A stretch of DNA of 32,000 nt from Dickeya dadantii NCPPB 898 (GTDB taxonomy: Bacteria > Pseudomonadota > Gammaproteobacteria > Enterobacterales > Enterobacteriaceae). Shown here one piece after another: positions 18,281 through 28,219 of the stretch. The stretch's first letter is position 1. The number at the start of each line of letters is the position of its first letter. The notes below the pieces were generated by a model. The model made no database searches, was not told the origin of the DNA, and saw only the letters and a program-made list of their open reading frames with translations. Location: the NCBI RefSeq assembly GCF_000406145.1, contig NZ_CM001976.1:535160-567159 (forward strand). Direction: 5' to 3'. Position numbers and translations under genes: made by a program.

Positions 18281-20413
18281 ATGAGTCTATCTATTGTGGA
18301 AAATGGCAGAAAACTGGAAAGCACCATCGATTTCTCCAGATTTGCCCAAGAGATCAAACAGAACGGCTGGAAGATCATGCTGGCCGGCCTGATTGTGGCG
18401 GTGGTGGCTTACCCGCTGATTAGCATGATCACGCCCAAATATGTGTCGACCGCAACGGTACTGCTTAAAGCGCAACAGGATAACGTTTCGCCTTTGCCGC
18501 AGGTCGATGGTTATGATTCCACCCGCAGCGGCTATTACGAAACTCAGTATGCGTTGATGCAGTCGCGTATTGTGCTGGAACAAGCCGTGCGGGACATCAA
18601 ACTGGACCAAAACCCGGCGTTTAACGGCGATACGGATAAAAACGCGGATAACCGTGGCGATGAGCAACAGCGGGTCGATCGCGCGCTGGATACGATAGTG
18701 AAAAACCTCACTATCACCGGCGTTCGCACCACGCACCTCGCCACTATCTCATACGAATCGGCGTCGCCTGAGCTGGCGGCCGACATCGCTAACGGCGCGG
18801 CGCAGGCGTTTATTGACTATACGGCCAGGCAAAAGCACCTCAAGACGCTGAAAGCCAAAGCGTTGAACCAAAAACAGATGGAAGAGGTGTGGCAGCAAGT
18901 CGTCGAGCAACAGGCCGCCATCGACCAGTTTCTGAAGAAAGAAGGGCTGCTGACTTTCCGCGGCGTGGGTGGCTTTGAAACGGAACAGTTGGGGATCGTC
19001 ACCACCAAGTTAGCGGATGCTACCCAGCGTCGCATCAGGGCGGAAACGAACTACAACAGCGTGCGTTTGAACGCGGGTACGTCGCTGGAAAACATCATTT
19101 CTCTGCCTGATATTTCTAATCATGCCCAAATTCAGGATTTGCGCATCGCGCTGATTCAGGCCCGGCGTTCTTTATACGATTTACGGAAACGCTACGGGCT
19201 GAAACATACCAAAATTTTAGAGGCCGAAGCCCAGGTTCAGGCAATTGAGGAGCAGACCCACACCGTGCTACTCGAACTGGAAGCGGGGCTGAATAAGCAG
19301 TATCAGGCGGCGTTGAGGGATGAAAAATATTATCAGCAACTGCTGGAACAGCAGAAAGCGGATTTCCAAACGCTGGCGTCTAAACGTGATGAATACAACA
19401 ACCTGACCACCGCGCTGGATAAAACAAAAGAGCTGTATAAGGCGCTCTATCAGCGCACCAAAGAGCAGACGCTGGCGGGTAACTATTTAGAGCCGGACGC
19501 GATACTTTACGACCCCGCCGTGCCGGCTGACCACCCGTCGAAACCCAATAAAGCGATGCTGCTGGTGATGGTTGTCATGCTAACCCTGATTTTCTCCGTG
19601 GTTTACTTCATCGTGAAAGCCGCGCTGGATAATTCAATCAACAGTCTTAGCCAGATGAAAAAGCGCCTGAATGTGGCGCCGGTAGGAGAAATTCGCACCT
19701 TCGCCAGCGGCGCGAAGCGCTCGCAGGTTGTGCGTTTGATAACCAAAACGCCGCTGGATGTCGACATTGTCCACAGCATGCGAACCCACATTTTGTTATC
19801 GCATCCATCCTGCCAGGCCATTGCCATCAGCTCGGCAGAGCATGGCGAAGGGCGATCGTTGCTGGCGCATTTGCTGGCGACATCCTTCAGCGCTGACCAA
19901 AAAACGCTGCTTATCGACCTGGATTTCTTTAACGACGACGGGCTGACGCAAGACCTGGCGTACCCTTCCGCTATTGGTGTGGCGGAACTGCTGCAAGGGC
20001 AATCATCGCTGGATGCCGCACTGGTGACTATCAGTGACAATTTAAGCTTCCTGCCGCGTGGCAATGCCTTGATGTCTTCTTTACTGATGTTGTCATCCGA
20101 ACATGTCGTGACGTTGATGGCCGAGCTGAGAACACGCTATCAGCGAATTATCGTTGACGTGGCCGCGGTGAATCAAACGCAGGATAGTCAACTCATTAGC
20201 CGGGTAATAGACGGGGTGGTTTTTGTGCTGAAAGCCGGCGAGTGGCGTGCGGGCGATGTGCTTAATGCCATTGAGAAAGTAAAACACCACCGCGCGGTGC
20301 TGATTGGCGCGGTAATGAATCAGGTTGTGGATAAAAACCTCGAAACCAAAGAGGGGATACGTTCCCTGAACCATCGCATGAATGCGCTAATCAACAGTAC
20401 CGGTCACCTGTGA
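18281..20413 (+). CDS. PCP-2a-type polysaccharide co-polymerase with a degenerate C-terminal BY-kinase-like domain
   Basis: It has two TMs (about aa 30-50 and 425-446) flanking a coiled-coil periplasmic region. The C-terminal P-loop-like domain carries GEGRS where GxGKS/T is expected, LLIDLD and IIVDVAAV. There is no tyrosine in the last 50 residues. Confidence 0.85.
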   Translation: MSLSIVENGRKLESTIDFSRFAQEIKQNGWKIMLAGLIVAVVAYPLISMITPKYVSTATVLLKAQQDNVSPLPQVDGYDSTRSGYYETQYALMQSRIVLEQAVRDIKLDQNPAFNGDTDKNADNRGDEQQRVDRALDTIVKNLTITGVRTTHLATISYESASPELAADIANGAAQAFIDYTARQKHLKTLKAKALNQKQMEEVWQQVVEQQAAIDQFLKKEGLLTFRGVGGFETEQLGIVTTKLADATQRRIRAETNYNSVRLNAGTSLENIISLPDISNHAQIQDLRIALIQARRSLYDLRKRYGLKHTKILEAEAQVQAIEEQTHTVLLELEAGLNKQYQAALRDEKYYQQLLEQQKADFQTLASKRDEYNNLTTALDKTKELYKALYQRTKEQTLAGNYLEPDAILYDPAVPADHPSKPNKAMLLVMVVMLTLIFSVVYFIVKAALDNSINSLSQMKKRLNVAPVGEIRTFASGAKRSQVVRLITKTPLDVDIVHSMRTHILLSHPSCQAIAISSAEHGEGRSLLAHLLATSFSADQKTLLIDLDFFNDDGLTQDLAYPSAIGVAELLQGQSSLDAALVTISDNLSFLPRGNALMSSLLMLSSEHVVTLMAELRTRYQRIIVDVAAVNQTQDSQLISRVIDGVVFVLKAGEWRAGDVLNAIEKVKHHRAVLIGAVMNQVVDKNLETKEGIRSLNHRMNALINSTGHL

Positions 20414-20426
20414 GTTTATTGAAAAG

Positions 20427-21638
20427 ATGAGTTTACTAAAAAGCGTTTCTACCATTGCGGGTTCATCGGTGGTTTCACAACTGATTGGCGCACTGTCTAT
20501 CTGGCTGATTTCGCACAAATACAACATGGCCGAGGTGGGGATCTACGCGCTGAGTTACAGCATCGTGTTGGTGGGGGCGCAGGTCTGTACCTTTGCATCG
20601 CAACTGCTGATTCCGAAACAGCAAGACAGTGAACTGGCGCAGAGTGTGGTGTTCAGCACACTGCAAAGTCTGCTTACCGCGGTGCCCTATGCGATGTTGA
20701 CCGCATGGCTGTTCCAGCGAAATGTGTTCTTTCTCTATCTGCTCACGCTGTCCTATGCGCTGGTGTTGATCTCGGAGAATTTGTCGCTGCGCGAGGGTAA
20801 CTACCGTTTTTTGGCCTTTCAGCGGCTCGCCGTCTCGGTGGTGGTCGTGCTTTCGCTGGTGTTCACTTCACAGACCACCGCGTTTTATTGGTCCTGGGCC
20901 TGCGCCATGATGGTGCTGATTAGCGGCTGTATTCTGCACTCGTTCAATATTCGCACCATGACGTTTGGACATTTTAGTCTGCAACGTAATATGGCTTTCT
21001 TTCATCAGCATGCTCATCATCTCACCCGTGTTGGCAGCGCCGAAGTGCTGGCGATGGTTAATAGTAATTTGCCGGTTATGCTGATTAATTTTTGGTTTTC
21101 CGCATTGACGGCGGGGTATTTCTCGGTGGTGAGCCGCTTTTGTTTGTCTCCGGTGGTGATCATCGGTAATGCAGTGCGTAACTCTATTTTTTCAACCTGG
21201 TCCGCCGATTTCAGAAATAAACGCTTCAACTACGAAGAATTTAAAAAAGTTCGCCTGGTATTGTTGATGGCGGGGGTGGTCTGCACGCTAGGGGTATTTA
21301 TTTTCTATCCGTTAGTGATGCATCTGTTTTTTAGTGAAGAGTGGATTAACTCCATTCCAACTTCTCGCTATATGCTGCCTTATTTATTCCCGGCGCTGGC
21401 GGTGTGTCCGCTGACGGTGATTGAGCTAATATTTGGCTCCCATCGTTATTTTCTGCGTATTCAGTTAGAGCAGTTGAGCGTGGTATTAATTGCATTTGTG
21501 ATCGTGCCTTATTTTTATAATCACTATGCCACATCGATGATTCTTTTTTCTGTACTGACGTTCGTACGCTACGCGTTTATTTATCTCAAAGTAAACAAGC
21601 GTGCTAACGGGCTAAAAAACATGATGACAGAATCATGA
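20427..21638 (+). CDS. Wzx-like oligosaccharide flippase (MOP superfamily)
   Basis: It is a 403-aa polytopic membrane protein. The N-terminus (LLKSVSTIAGSSVVSQLIGALSIWLISHKYNMAEVGIYAL) is typical of polysaccharide biosynthesis flippases. Confidence 0.75.
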   Translation: MSLLKSVSTIAGSSVVSQLIGALSIWLISHKYNMAEVGIYALSYSIVLVGAQVCTFASQLLIPKQQDSELAQSVVFSTLQSLLTAVPYAMLTAWLFQRNVFFLYLLTLSYALVLISENLSLREGNYRFLAFQRLAVSVVVVLSLVFTSQTTAFYWSWACAMMVLISGCILHSFNIRTMTFGHFSLQRNMAFFHQHAHHLTRVGSAEVLAMVNSNLPVMLINFWFSALTAGYFSVVSRFCLSPVVIIGNAVRNSIFSTWSADFRNKRFNYEEFKKVRLVLLMAGVVCTLGVFIFYPLVMHLFFSEEWINSIPTSRYMLPYLFPALAVCPLTVIELIFGSHRYFLRIQLEQLSVVLIAFVIVPYFYNHYATSMILFSVLTFVRYAFIYLKVNKRANGLKNMMTES

Positions 21639-23017
21639 TCTTGAATACCGGATTTTACCTGCAGGTTTATGTTGTTATCACGCTGGTATTCTGCGGACTG
21701 ACGCAATATTTCACCGGCTTGCTGGCGGTGCTGTGGTTGCCATTTATTTTAGCGCTGATCATGGTGGGGTTGCTGATTATGCAGACTCGCTACGATACGT
21801 TGCATTTGGATACGCAGGAGTTGATGGTTCTCACGCTTTATCTCTCTTTTCTGGCGATGGCGGGAGTATCTACGCTGTTACAGGGCGGAATAACCGTCAC
21901 TATCGTTGGGTTTAAAAACGAAATTGCCTTGTCGTTGATGATGCTGTGCCTGTTGCTGGGTTTTTGTCGCGAATCACAAATTTACCGCGTGACCCGCAGT
22001 TTGTATTGGGTGTTCTACGCGCAGTTCCCGGTGGTGATTTATCAGGTGTTGTTCGTTTTGCCGCGGCGGGTGGCATTGCGGGGAGAAGACGAAAAATGGG
22101 ACTCGGTGGTCGGCACGTTCGGCGGCGACCCGATGGGTGGGGGAAATACCGCGGCGATGGGGTTGTTCTGCCTGCTGATTATGCTGCTGAAAGTCTCGGA
22201 ATTTAAACATGGTTTGACGTCGTTTAAATCCACGGCGTTGCATATCGTTTTGGGGTTTGGCCTGTGTATCCTGGGTGAAGTGAAATTTGTTATCCTGGTT
22301 TCACCGTTATTACTGGCCTGGGTTTGGTTAATGCCGAGCTACATCAAAGGTATGAATAACGTAAACCTGAAAGCAATTTTGCTGATTTTCATCGGCATGG
22401 CGTTGCTGATTACCGTGGCGATTACTATTTTGGCCTCGGGTTACTCCTCGGCGTTTGGCAGCGACCCGACGAAAAGTGCGATGAGCGTATTTCTGGATTC
22501 ATTAAACTATATTTTCGATACCAACTATATTATGGATTCCGGTGAGCTTGGGCGCCTTACTACGATATTTTTCTGGCTGAAAAATCACGATATGTGGGGG
22601 ATGTCCGGCACGTTGTTTGGCTATGGATTAAATGCGACAAATAGCGGTAGCGCTGTCTCTCCCGGCTTTTTGAATATCATCTATAACCTGATCATCGATT
22701 CAACCTCATTAAGTGTGCTGCTATGGGAAGTCGGTGTGGTTGGATCGCTATTTTTTATCGGATTAATTATTTATATCTTAATCATTACGCAGCCAAAGCC
22801 GGTGCTGGAGCGTAATAAAATAGACCAACAGGACCTGCAGCTGCTGAGTTTTTCTCCGGCTTTTAACGTTTTTGCGGTTGGGTGCCTGTTGAGTCTGCCT
22901 TATAGCCAGATCCTGATGATTATTCCCATGCTGCAATTCCTGTTTTATTTATCTCTGGGCTCAAGTCTGGTGATTCGCCATTCTGTCCGCCGTTATATCG
23001 GAAAACCGTATGAGTGA
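21635..23017 (+). CDS. polytopic membrane protein, Wzy/O-antigen-ligase-like polymerase candidate
   Basis: It is 460 aa with more than 10 predicted TM segments and one larger loop. ATGA overlap links it to the flippase gene. The assignment is by context and topology only. Confidence 0.55.
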   Translation: MILNTGFYLQVYVVITLVFCGLTQYFTGLLAVLWLPFILALIMVGLLIMQTRYDTLHLDTQELMVLTLYLSFLAMAGVSTLLQGGITVTIVGFKNEIALSLMMLCLLLGFCRESQIYRVTRSLYWVFYAQFPVVIYQVLFVLPRRVALRGEDEKWDSVVGTFGGDPMGGGNTAAMGLFCLLIMLLKVSEFKHGLTSFKSTALHIVLGFGLCILGEVKFVILVSPLLLAWVWLMPSYIKGMNNVNLKAILLIFIGMALLITVAITILASGYSSAFGSDPTKSAMSVFLDSLNYIFDTNYIMDSGELGRLTTIFFWLKNHDMWGMSGTLFGYGLNATNSGSAVSPGFLNIIYNLIIDSTSLSVLLWEVGVVGSLFFIGLIIYILIITQPKPVLERNKIDQQDLQLLSFSPAFNVFAVGCLLSLPYSQILMIIPMLQFLFYLSLGSSLVIRHSVRRYIGKPYE

Positions 23018-23999
23018 TAAACCTTTTATTTCAGTGAGTATTAAGACATTCAATGAGGCGGAGTGCATCGAGAAAACCATCGACAGTATTCGTCGCCATA
23101 TTGCCGATTACCCCCATAAAATCATTGTTGCCGATAGCTTATCAACCGACAACACTCAGCAGCTCGCCAGCGCCAAAGGCGTTACCGTGGTGTCGCTGAC
23201 TGAACCGTCCGAACGCTGCTGCGGCGTGGGGCATCAGCTTGGCTATCTGTACAGCCAGGGGGATTATCTGCTGCTGATGGACGGCGATATGGAGCTGGAA
23301 GATGGCTTTATTGAGCAGGGCATCGCATTTTTAACCGCACACCCTGATTACGCCGGCGTGGCTGGAACGGTAGAGATGGATGGCGCGGCGAACTATGAGT
23401 TTACATCGCGTAAACAGCGCCTTCATAAAATCTATCCGTTGGGCGACTGTGGTCATTTAGGCGGTGGGGGCTTATACCGCCGCTCGGCAATTGAAAAAAT
23501 AGGTTATCTCACCAACCGCAGCTTGCATGGTTATGAAGAGGCTGAATTAGGCATTCGCCTGCGTCATGCCCAATATAAATTACATCGCCTTAACGTGCCT
23601 TATTTCCGCCACACGTCATACACCATGCCAACATATAAAATGCTGCAATATCGTTGGCGGAACGGTTTTCTCTGGGCGCCGGGCGAACTTTTACGCAGTG
23701 CATGGGGGATGCCTTATTTCCGCGAGGCATTGCACATTGTTAAAAACGAGGCGGTGTTTGCGGTTTATCTGCTGGCGCTGGTGATGAGTTTATTGACGTT
23801 TAATGCCGTCGTTATTGGCGCCGCGTTGCTGCCGTTACTCGCTTTTGTGGCATTAAAAACCATTAAGAACCGTTCATTGCTGAACGGGTTACAGAGTGTG
23901 ATGAACCTGGCCGTATTTTCTGCGGGATTGATAAAAGGGTTAACCAGACCCGTGCGCGACCCGATGACACCACCAGATAGCAAGGTTATTCATGAATAG
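23010..23999 (+). CDS. family 2 glycosyltransferase with C-terminal membrane anchor
   Basis: The GT-A N-terminus is ISVSIKTFNEAECIEKTIDSI. A DxD-like MDGDME and hydrophobic C-terminal helices are present. Confidence 0.85.
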   Translation: MSDKPFISVSIKTFNEAECIEKTIDSIRRHIADYPHKIIVADSLSTDNTQQLASAKGVTVVSLTEPSERCCGVGHQLGYLYSQGDYLLLMDGDMELEDGFIEQGIAFLTAHPDYAGVAGTVEMDGAANYEFTSRKQRLHKIYPLGDCGHLGGGGLYRRSAIEKIGYLTNRSLHGYEEAELGIRLRHAQYKLHRLNVPYFRHTSYTMPTYKMLQYRWRNGFLWAPGELLRSAWGMPYFREALHIVKNEAVFAVYLLALVMSLLTFNAVVIGAALLPLLAFVALKTIKNRSLLNGLQSVMNLAVFSAGLIKGLTRPVRDPMTPPDSKVIHE

Positions 24000-24005
24000 G
24001 CAGGT

Positions 24006-25220
24006 ATGATGAAAGTCTTATTGGTCAATAAATTTTTCTATATCAAGGGCGGCGCAGAAACGGTTTATTTTCAAGAGATTGATATGCTGAAAAAGGCTGG
24101 CGTTGACGTTATCGCTTTCTCTATGCAGCATGAAAATAACTTCCCGTCAGACTACGCACCCTATTTTGTCGGTAATGTGGATTATCATCAAAACAGCAGC
24201 GCGATGGGGGCAATTAAAACCGCGGTTAACTTTATTCATAATGCTGAGGCATGTAAGAAATTGCTGGCGTTATTACGTAAAGAAAAGCCGGATATTGTTC
24301 ATTTTCACAATATCTACCACCAGCTCACGCCGTCGTTGATTAAAATTGCCCGTCAGTTTGGGTGCAAAACCGTGTTAACGGCCCATGACTACAAGATTAT
24401 CTGCCCTTCGTACACCATGCTGCGCGATGGTAAAGTCTGTGACGCCTGTTTAACCGGTTCGGTATTTAACGCTTTTAAATATCGGTGCCAGCAAGGTTCT
24501 GCATCGAAAAGCCTGCTGCTTTCGTTAGAAGGCGCCTGGCAGAATATTGCCAAAAACTATCAGGCGCTGGATGTGATCGTTTCGCCCAGCGAATTTCTGC
24601 GTAACCAATTAATGCGCAAGTTGCCGAATGTTCGTATTGATGTGATTGTGAACGGCATTAATGACAGCCTGCCGGTGGAGGAGGTTAAAGACGACGGTTA
24701 TTTGCTGTTTATTGGTCGCCTGAGTCGGGAGAAAGGCGTTGCTACGCTGGCCAGGGCGCATCAGCAAATGCGGAATAAAATTCCGTTAAAAATTGCGGGC
24801 AGCGGGCCGCTGTATAACGATTTGGTCGCGCAATTTCCGCATGCGGAATTCCTGGGTTATAAGCAGCAGGGCGAAGAACTTAATCGGCTGATTAAATACG
24901 CGCGCGCGGTGGTGGTTCCCTCCGAATACTATGAAAACTGTTCAATGTCGGTACTGGAGTCGATGGCATTCGCTAAACCGGTGGTGGGCGGGCGTATTGG
25001 CGGCATACCTGAACAAATTCGCGATAAGGTAGACGGCATTTTATTCGAACCCGGTAATGTGCAGGCATTAGCCGATGTGTTGGACGATCTGGCGTTGAAT
25101 CCGCAAAAAGCCAGAGAAATGGGATTAAATGCGCGTCAACGTCTTCGAGAAAAATATTCATTACGTAAACACACAGAATCGCTATTGGCGCTTTATCAGG
25201 AAATATTAACCGAAAAATAA
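24006..25220 (+). CDS. family 4 (GT-B) glycosyltransferase
   Basis: The EX7E region is VVVPSEYYENCSMSVLESMAFAKPVVGGRIGGIPEQI. Confidence 0.9.
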   Translation: MMKVLLVNKFFYIKGGAETVYFQEIDMLKKAGVDVIAFSMQHENNFPSDYAPYFVGNVDYHQNSSAMGAIKTAVNFIHNAEACKKLLALLRKEKPDIVHFHNIYHQLTPSLIKIARQFGCKTVLTAHDYKIICPSYTMLRDGKVCDACLTGSVFNAFKYRCQQGSASKSLLLSLEGAWQNIAKNYQALDVIVSPSEFLRNQLMRKLPNVRIDVIVNGINDSLPVEEVKDDGYLLFIGRLSREKGVATLARAHQQMRNKIPLKIAGSGPLYNDLVAQFPHAEFLGYKQQGEELNRLIKYARAVVVPSEYYENCSMSVLESMAFAKPVVGGRIGGIPEQIRDKVDGILFEPGNVQALADVLDDLALNPQKAREMGLNARQRLREKYSLRKHTESLLALYQEILTEK

Positions 25221-25221
25221 T

Positions 25222-26337
25222 ATGACTACGAAAATTACCGTTTTGGGAACACGTGGTATTCCAAACGTGTTGGGCGGTGTGGAAACACATTGCCAAAATT
25301 TATATCCGACTATTAAACAGCAATTCGACGTGGATATTTGCGTTATCGCACGTTCACCTTATGTTAATTATAAAGAATCACAATATCGAGGCGTGATGAC
25401 TCGCGCTTTACTGGCGCCGAAAAAACGTTCATTAGAGGCGATAGTTCATTCGGTGCTGGCGGCATTCACCACCTGCTTTGATCAGTCCACGGTGGTGCAT
25501 GTTCACGCTATTGGTCCGGGTCTGGTGGTGCCGCTGCTGCGTTTGCTGGGTAAAAAAGTGGTTTTTACCCATCATGGCCCGGACTATGACCGCCAGAAAT
25601 GGGGATTTTTGGCAAAGAGAGTTTTATTGCTGGGTGAAAAAGTCGCAGTGAAATATGCCAATGAAGTGATTGTGATCTCCGAAGTTATTAATAATATGAT
25701 CAAGCAGAAATATGGCCGCGATGATGCCCATCTTATCTATAACGGTGTGAATCTATCCCAGCAACTAACCGCGGACGTTATCAATCAAACATTGGCGCGT
25801 TTTTCTCTTCAGCCACAAAACTATTTGGTTGCGGTTGGCCGCTTCGTGGAAGAAAAAGGCCTGCACGATCTTATCGCGGCCTATCGGCAATCGGGCGTCA
25901 CGATGCCACTGGTTTTGGTTGGCGATGCCGATCACCCCACCGCGTATAGCATGCGATTAAAACAGTTAGCCCATGAAACCCCGAATGTGATACTGACCGG
26001 ATTTTTAACCGGCCAGGAACTACAAACTGTTTTCTCACAGGCTAAACTCTTTGTGATGTCTTCGTATCATGAAGGGTTACCCATTGCGTTGCTGGAGGCC
26101 ATGTCATTCTCATTGCCTGTCGTGGTCAGCAATATTCCCGCCAATCTGGAGGTGAAATTAGCGCCGGAAACTTATTTCAATGTAGGAGACGTGGCGGATT
26201 TATCCGAAAAAATCACATTGCGCTCTAAATCGTTATCTGTTGATTACTCTGAATATTTACAACGGTATAATTGGCAACAAATCGCGCAACAAACGATGGC
26301 CGTTTACACCGCAGTAAATAAATCAATGAGTCAATAA
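25222..26337 (+). CDS. family 4 (GT-B) glycosyltransferase with DUF1972-like N-terminus
   Basis: The N-terminus is ITVLGTRGIPNVLGGVETHCQNLYP. The C-terminal motif is SSYHEGLPIALLEAMSFSLPVVVSNIPANLE. Confidence 0.85.
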   Translation: MTTKITVLGTRGIPNVLGGVETHCQNLYPTIKQQFDVDICVIARSPYVNYKESQYRGVMTRALLAPKKRSLEAIVHSVLAAFTTCFDQSTVVHVHAIGPGLVVPLLRLLGKKVVFTHHGPDYDRQKWGFLAKRVLLLGEKVAVKYANEVIVISEVINNMIKQKYGRDDAHLIYNGVNLSQQLTADVINQTLARFSLQPQNYLVAVGRFVEEKGLHDLIAAYRQSGVTMPLVLVGDADHPTAYSMRLKQLAHETPNVILTGFLTGQELQTVFSQAKLFVMSSYHEGLPIALLEAMSFSLPVVVSNIPANLEVKLAPETYFNVGDVADLSEKITLRSKSLSVDYSEYLQRYNWQQIAQQTMAVYTAVNKSMSQ

Positions 26338-26352
26338 ATCAATAGGTTAATA

Positions 26353-26760
26353 GTGAACGAATCGAATAAACGCCCGTTAGTCATTGAGCGCTTCTATGAA
26401 GCCCTTGATGGAAAAACCGATACAGAACTTACCTCGGAACAGCGGCTGGCCGTTGAGCAGGCGGTGCTGTCGATTACGGCATCTTCAATGCATTGGGTCG
26501 ACGTGCGTAAGAGTTTCCCTTTTTTGAACAGGCGCTATTACTTCGTTTTTTTGTTCGGTCTGGATCACCGCAAGCGTCCACGCAAAGAGTCAACGCTATT
26601 TCGCATACTGCTGACCGCGTTGATCCTGTTTACCGGCTTGTCCTGCACGCTTGCGGCGCTATTGACGCTATACATGATTAAGTCTGCCTTGGGTATTGAT
26701 ATTTTCCCACATTTCCACTTAGGAATTTGGGATTGGTGGCTCAGCCTGAAGGATCACTGA
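26353..26760 (+). CDS. small membrane protein, unknown function
   Basis: It has a GTG start with AGGT 7 nt upstream and is 135 aa. Two hydrophobic segments (YYFVFLFGL and LFRILLTALILFTGLSCTLAALLTLYMI) are present. It is embedded in the operon. Confidence 0.5.
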   Translation: MNESNKRPLVIERFYEALDGKTDTELTSEQRLAVEQAVLSITASSMHWVDVRKSFPFLNRRYYFVFLFGLDHRKRPRKESTLFRILLTALILFTGLSCTLAALLTLYMIKSALGIDIFPHFHLGIWDWWLSLKDH

Positions 26761-26798
26761 CCTCCGGTTTCTGCTGATGTGGAAATAAGGAGTCATAC

Positions 26799-28193
26799 AT
26801 GCATTTTAAAATTATCGCTGTAGGAGGTTTGCTATTTTCTGTATTGGGTGTGGCCGAGGGCGCTATGACGACCATCACCCCCAGAGGATTAACCGGCCCG
26901 CTAACGAATCCGGGCAATGGCGTCGCCAGCTTTAACAAGGGTAATAACGCAACGTTGTCGCTGGCTGATTATCCCGACACTGGCATTGAATATGATCGCT
27001 TGTACTGGAATGAACTCGAACCGGTAGAAGGACAATATAATTTTCAAGCTGTGGACGCTATTTTCGAACTGGCTAGCCAGCATCAACCGCCGATGAACGT
27101 GGGGTTACGCTTTATGACGCTTGATGAGCCTGCCAGTGGTTCGAAGATTCCTGACTGGCTGATCCAAAAAGGTATCAAGGGCGAGTGGACGCCGGACAAA
27201 AAAACCTTTGTACCGGATCTGGACGACCCGGTGTTTATCGAATACAGCCAGCGTTTGCTTAATGCTTTTGGGCAGCGCTATGACGGTAATTCGAATTTGG
27301 CTTATATCGATATTGGGTTGGTGGGGTCATGGGGCGAGTGGCATAACACCAATTTCCCCACCATTAAGCCGCTGCTGGAGCGCTACACATCAGCCCAGTT
27401 GGATCAGTACGTGAAAATGTATTTTGCCGCGTTTCCCAACAGCCCAAAAATTATGCTCATCAGCGGCGGCGACACGTTGGTCAGCGCAGTGAAGCAAGGT
27501 GCGGGATGGCGCGCGGACTGCTGGGGAGACTGGCATAATTTTTCGACCACATGGAGTCACATGCAAGATGATTATCCGCAGCGGCTGCAAAACGCGGAGG
27601 CTCTTTATCCAAATTTTAGCTCTGCGTGGCAACGTGCGCCGGTGAGTCTGGAAATCTGTGGTTATATGTCGGAGTGGCAGAGCGTGCAGCACTATACTCG
27701 TGCGCAAGTGCAGGCGACCTTTGACTGGGCGCTGGCACAGCACGCCAGCACCATTAATCTGAAATCGCGCAGCGTGCCGACGGAATATCGGGACATTGTT
27801 GATAACGCGCTGACCAAACTCGGTTACCGTTTCCGCCTGGCCTCTTTAACTCATGAGTCTGAACTGGCACAAGGGCAGAGCCTGACGCTAAACCAGCAGT
27901 GGTTTAACGACGGCGTAGCGCCCATTTATCTGAAATATGATGTGGCCTATCGGGTGGTGAATGATGCCAATACCATAATGAGTATGGGAAAAACGGCTGA
28001 TGACATCCGCACCTGGTTGCCGGGGCAGCATACCTCCGTCTACCAATTGGCGATGCCGGAAGCACTGCCAGCCGGGCGGTATAATATTGAAATGGCGATG
28101 CTGGACGCAAAGGGAGTATCGCGAATTAATCTCGCCAACGAGGGCAAGCAGGCCGACGGTTGGTATCGAATTTCCACGGTAACGGTGCACTGA
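26799..28193 (+). CDS. exported glycoside-hydrolase-like protein (DUF4832 / clan GH-A-like)
   Basis: The signal peptide is MHFKIIAVGGLLFSVLGVAEG. The LYWNELEPVEGQYNF and GSWGEWHN motifs are characteristic of (beta/alpha)8 glycosidase-like families. Confidence 0.65.
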   Translation: MHFKIIAVGGLLFSVLGVAEGAMTTITPRGLTGPLTNPGNGVASFNKGNNATLSLADYPDTGIEYDRLYWNELEPVEGQYNFQAVDAIFELASQHQPPMNVGLRFMTLDEPASGSKIPDWLIQKGIKGEWTPDKKTFVPDLDDPVFIEYSQRLLNAFGQRYDGNSNLAYIDIGLVGSWGEWHNTNFPTIKPLLERYTSAQLDQYVKMYFAAFPNSPKIMLISGGDTLVSAVKQGAGWRADCWGDWHNFSTTWSHMQDDYPQRLQNAEALYPNFSSAWQRAPVSLEICGYMSEWQSVQHYTRAQVQATFDWALAQHASTINLKSRSVPTEYRDIVDNALTKLGYRFRLASLTHESELAQGQSLTLNQQWFNDGVAPIYLKYDVAYRVVNDANTIMSMGKTADDIRTWLPGQHTSVYQLAMPEALPAGRYNIEMAMLDAKGVSRINLANEGKQADGWYRISTVTVH

Positions 28194-28219
28194 GCACGGA
28201 ATTAAGAATAGATATTCAT

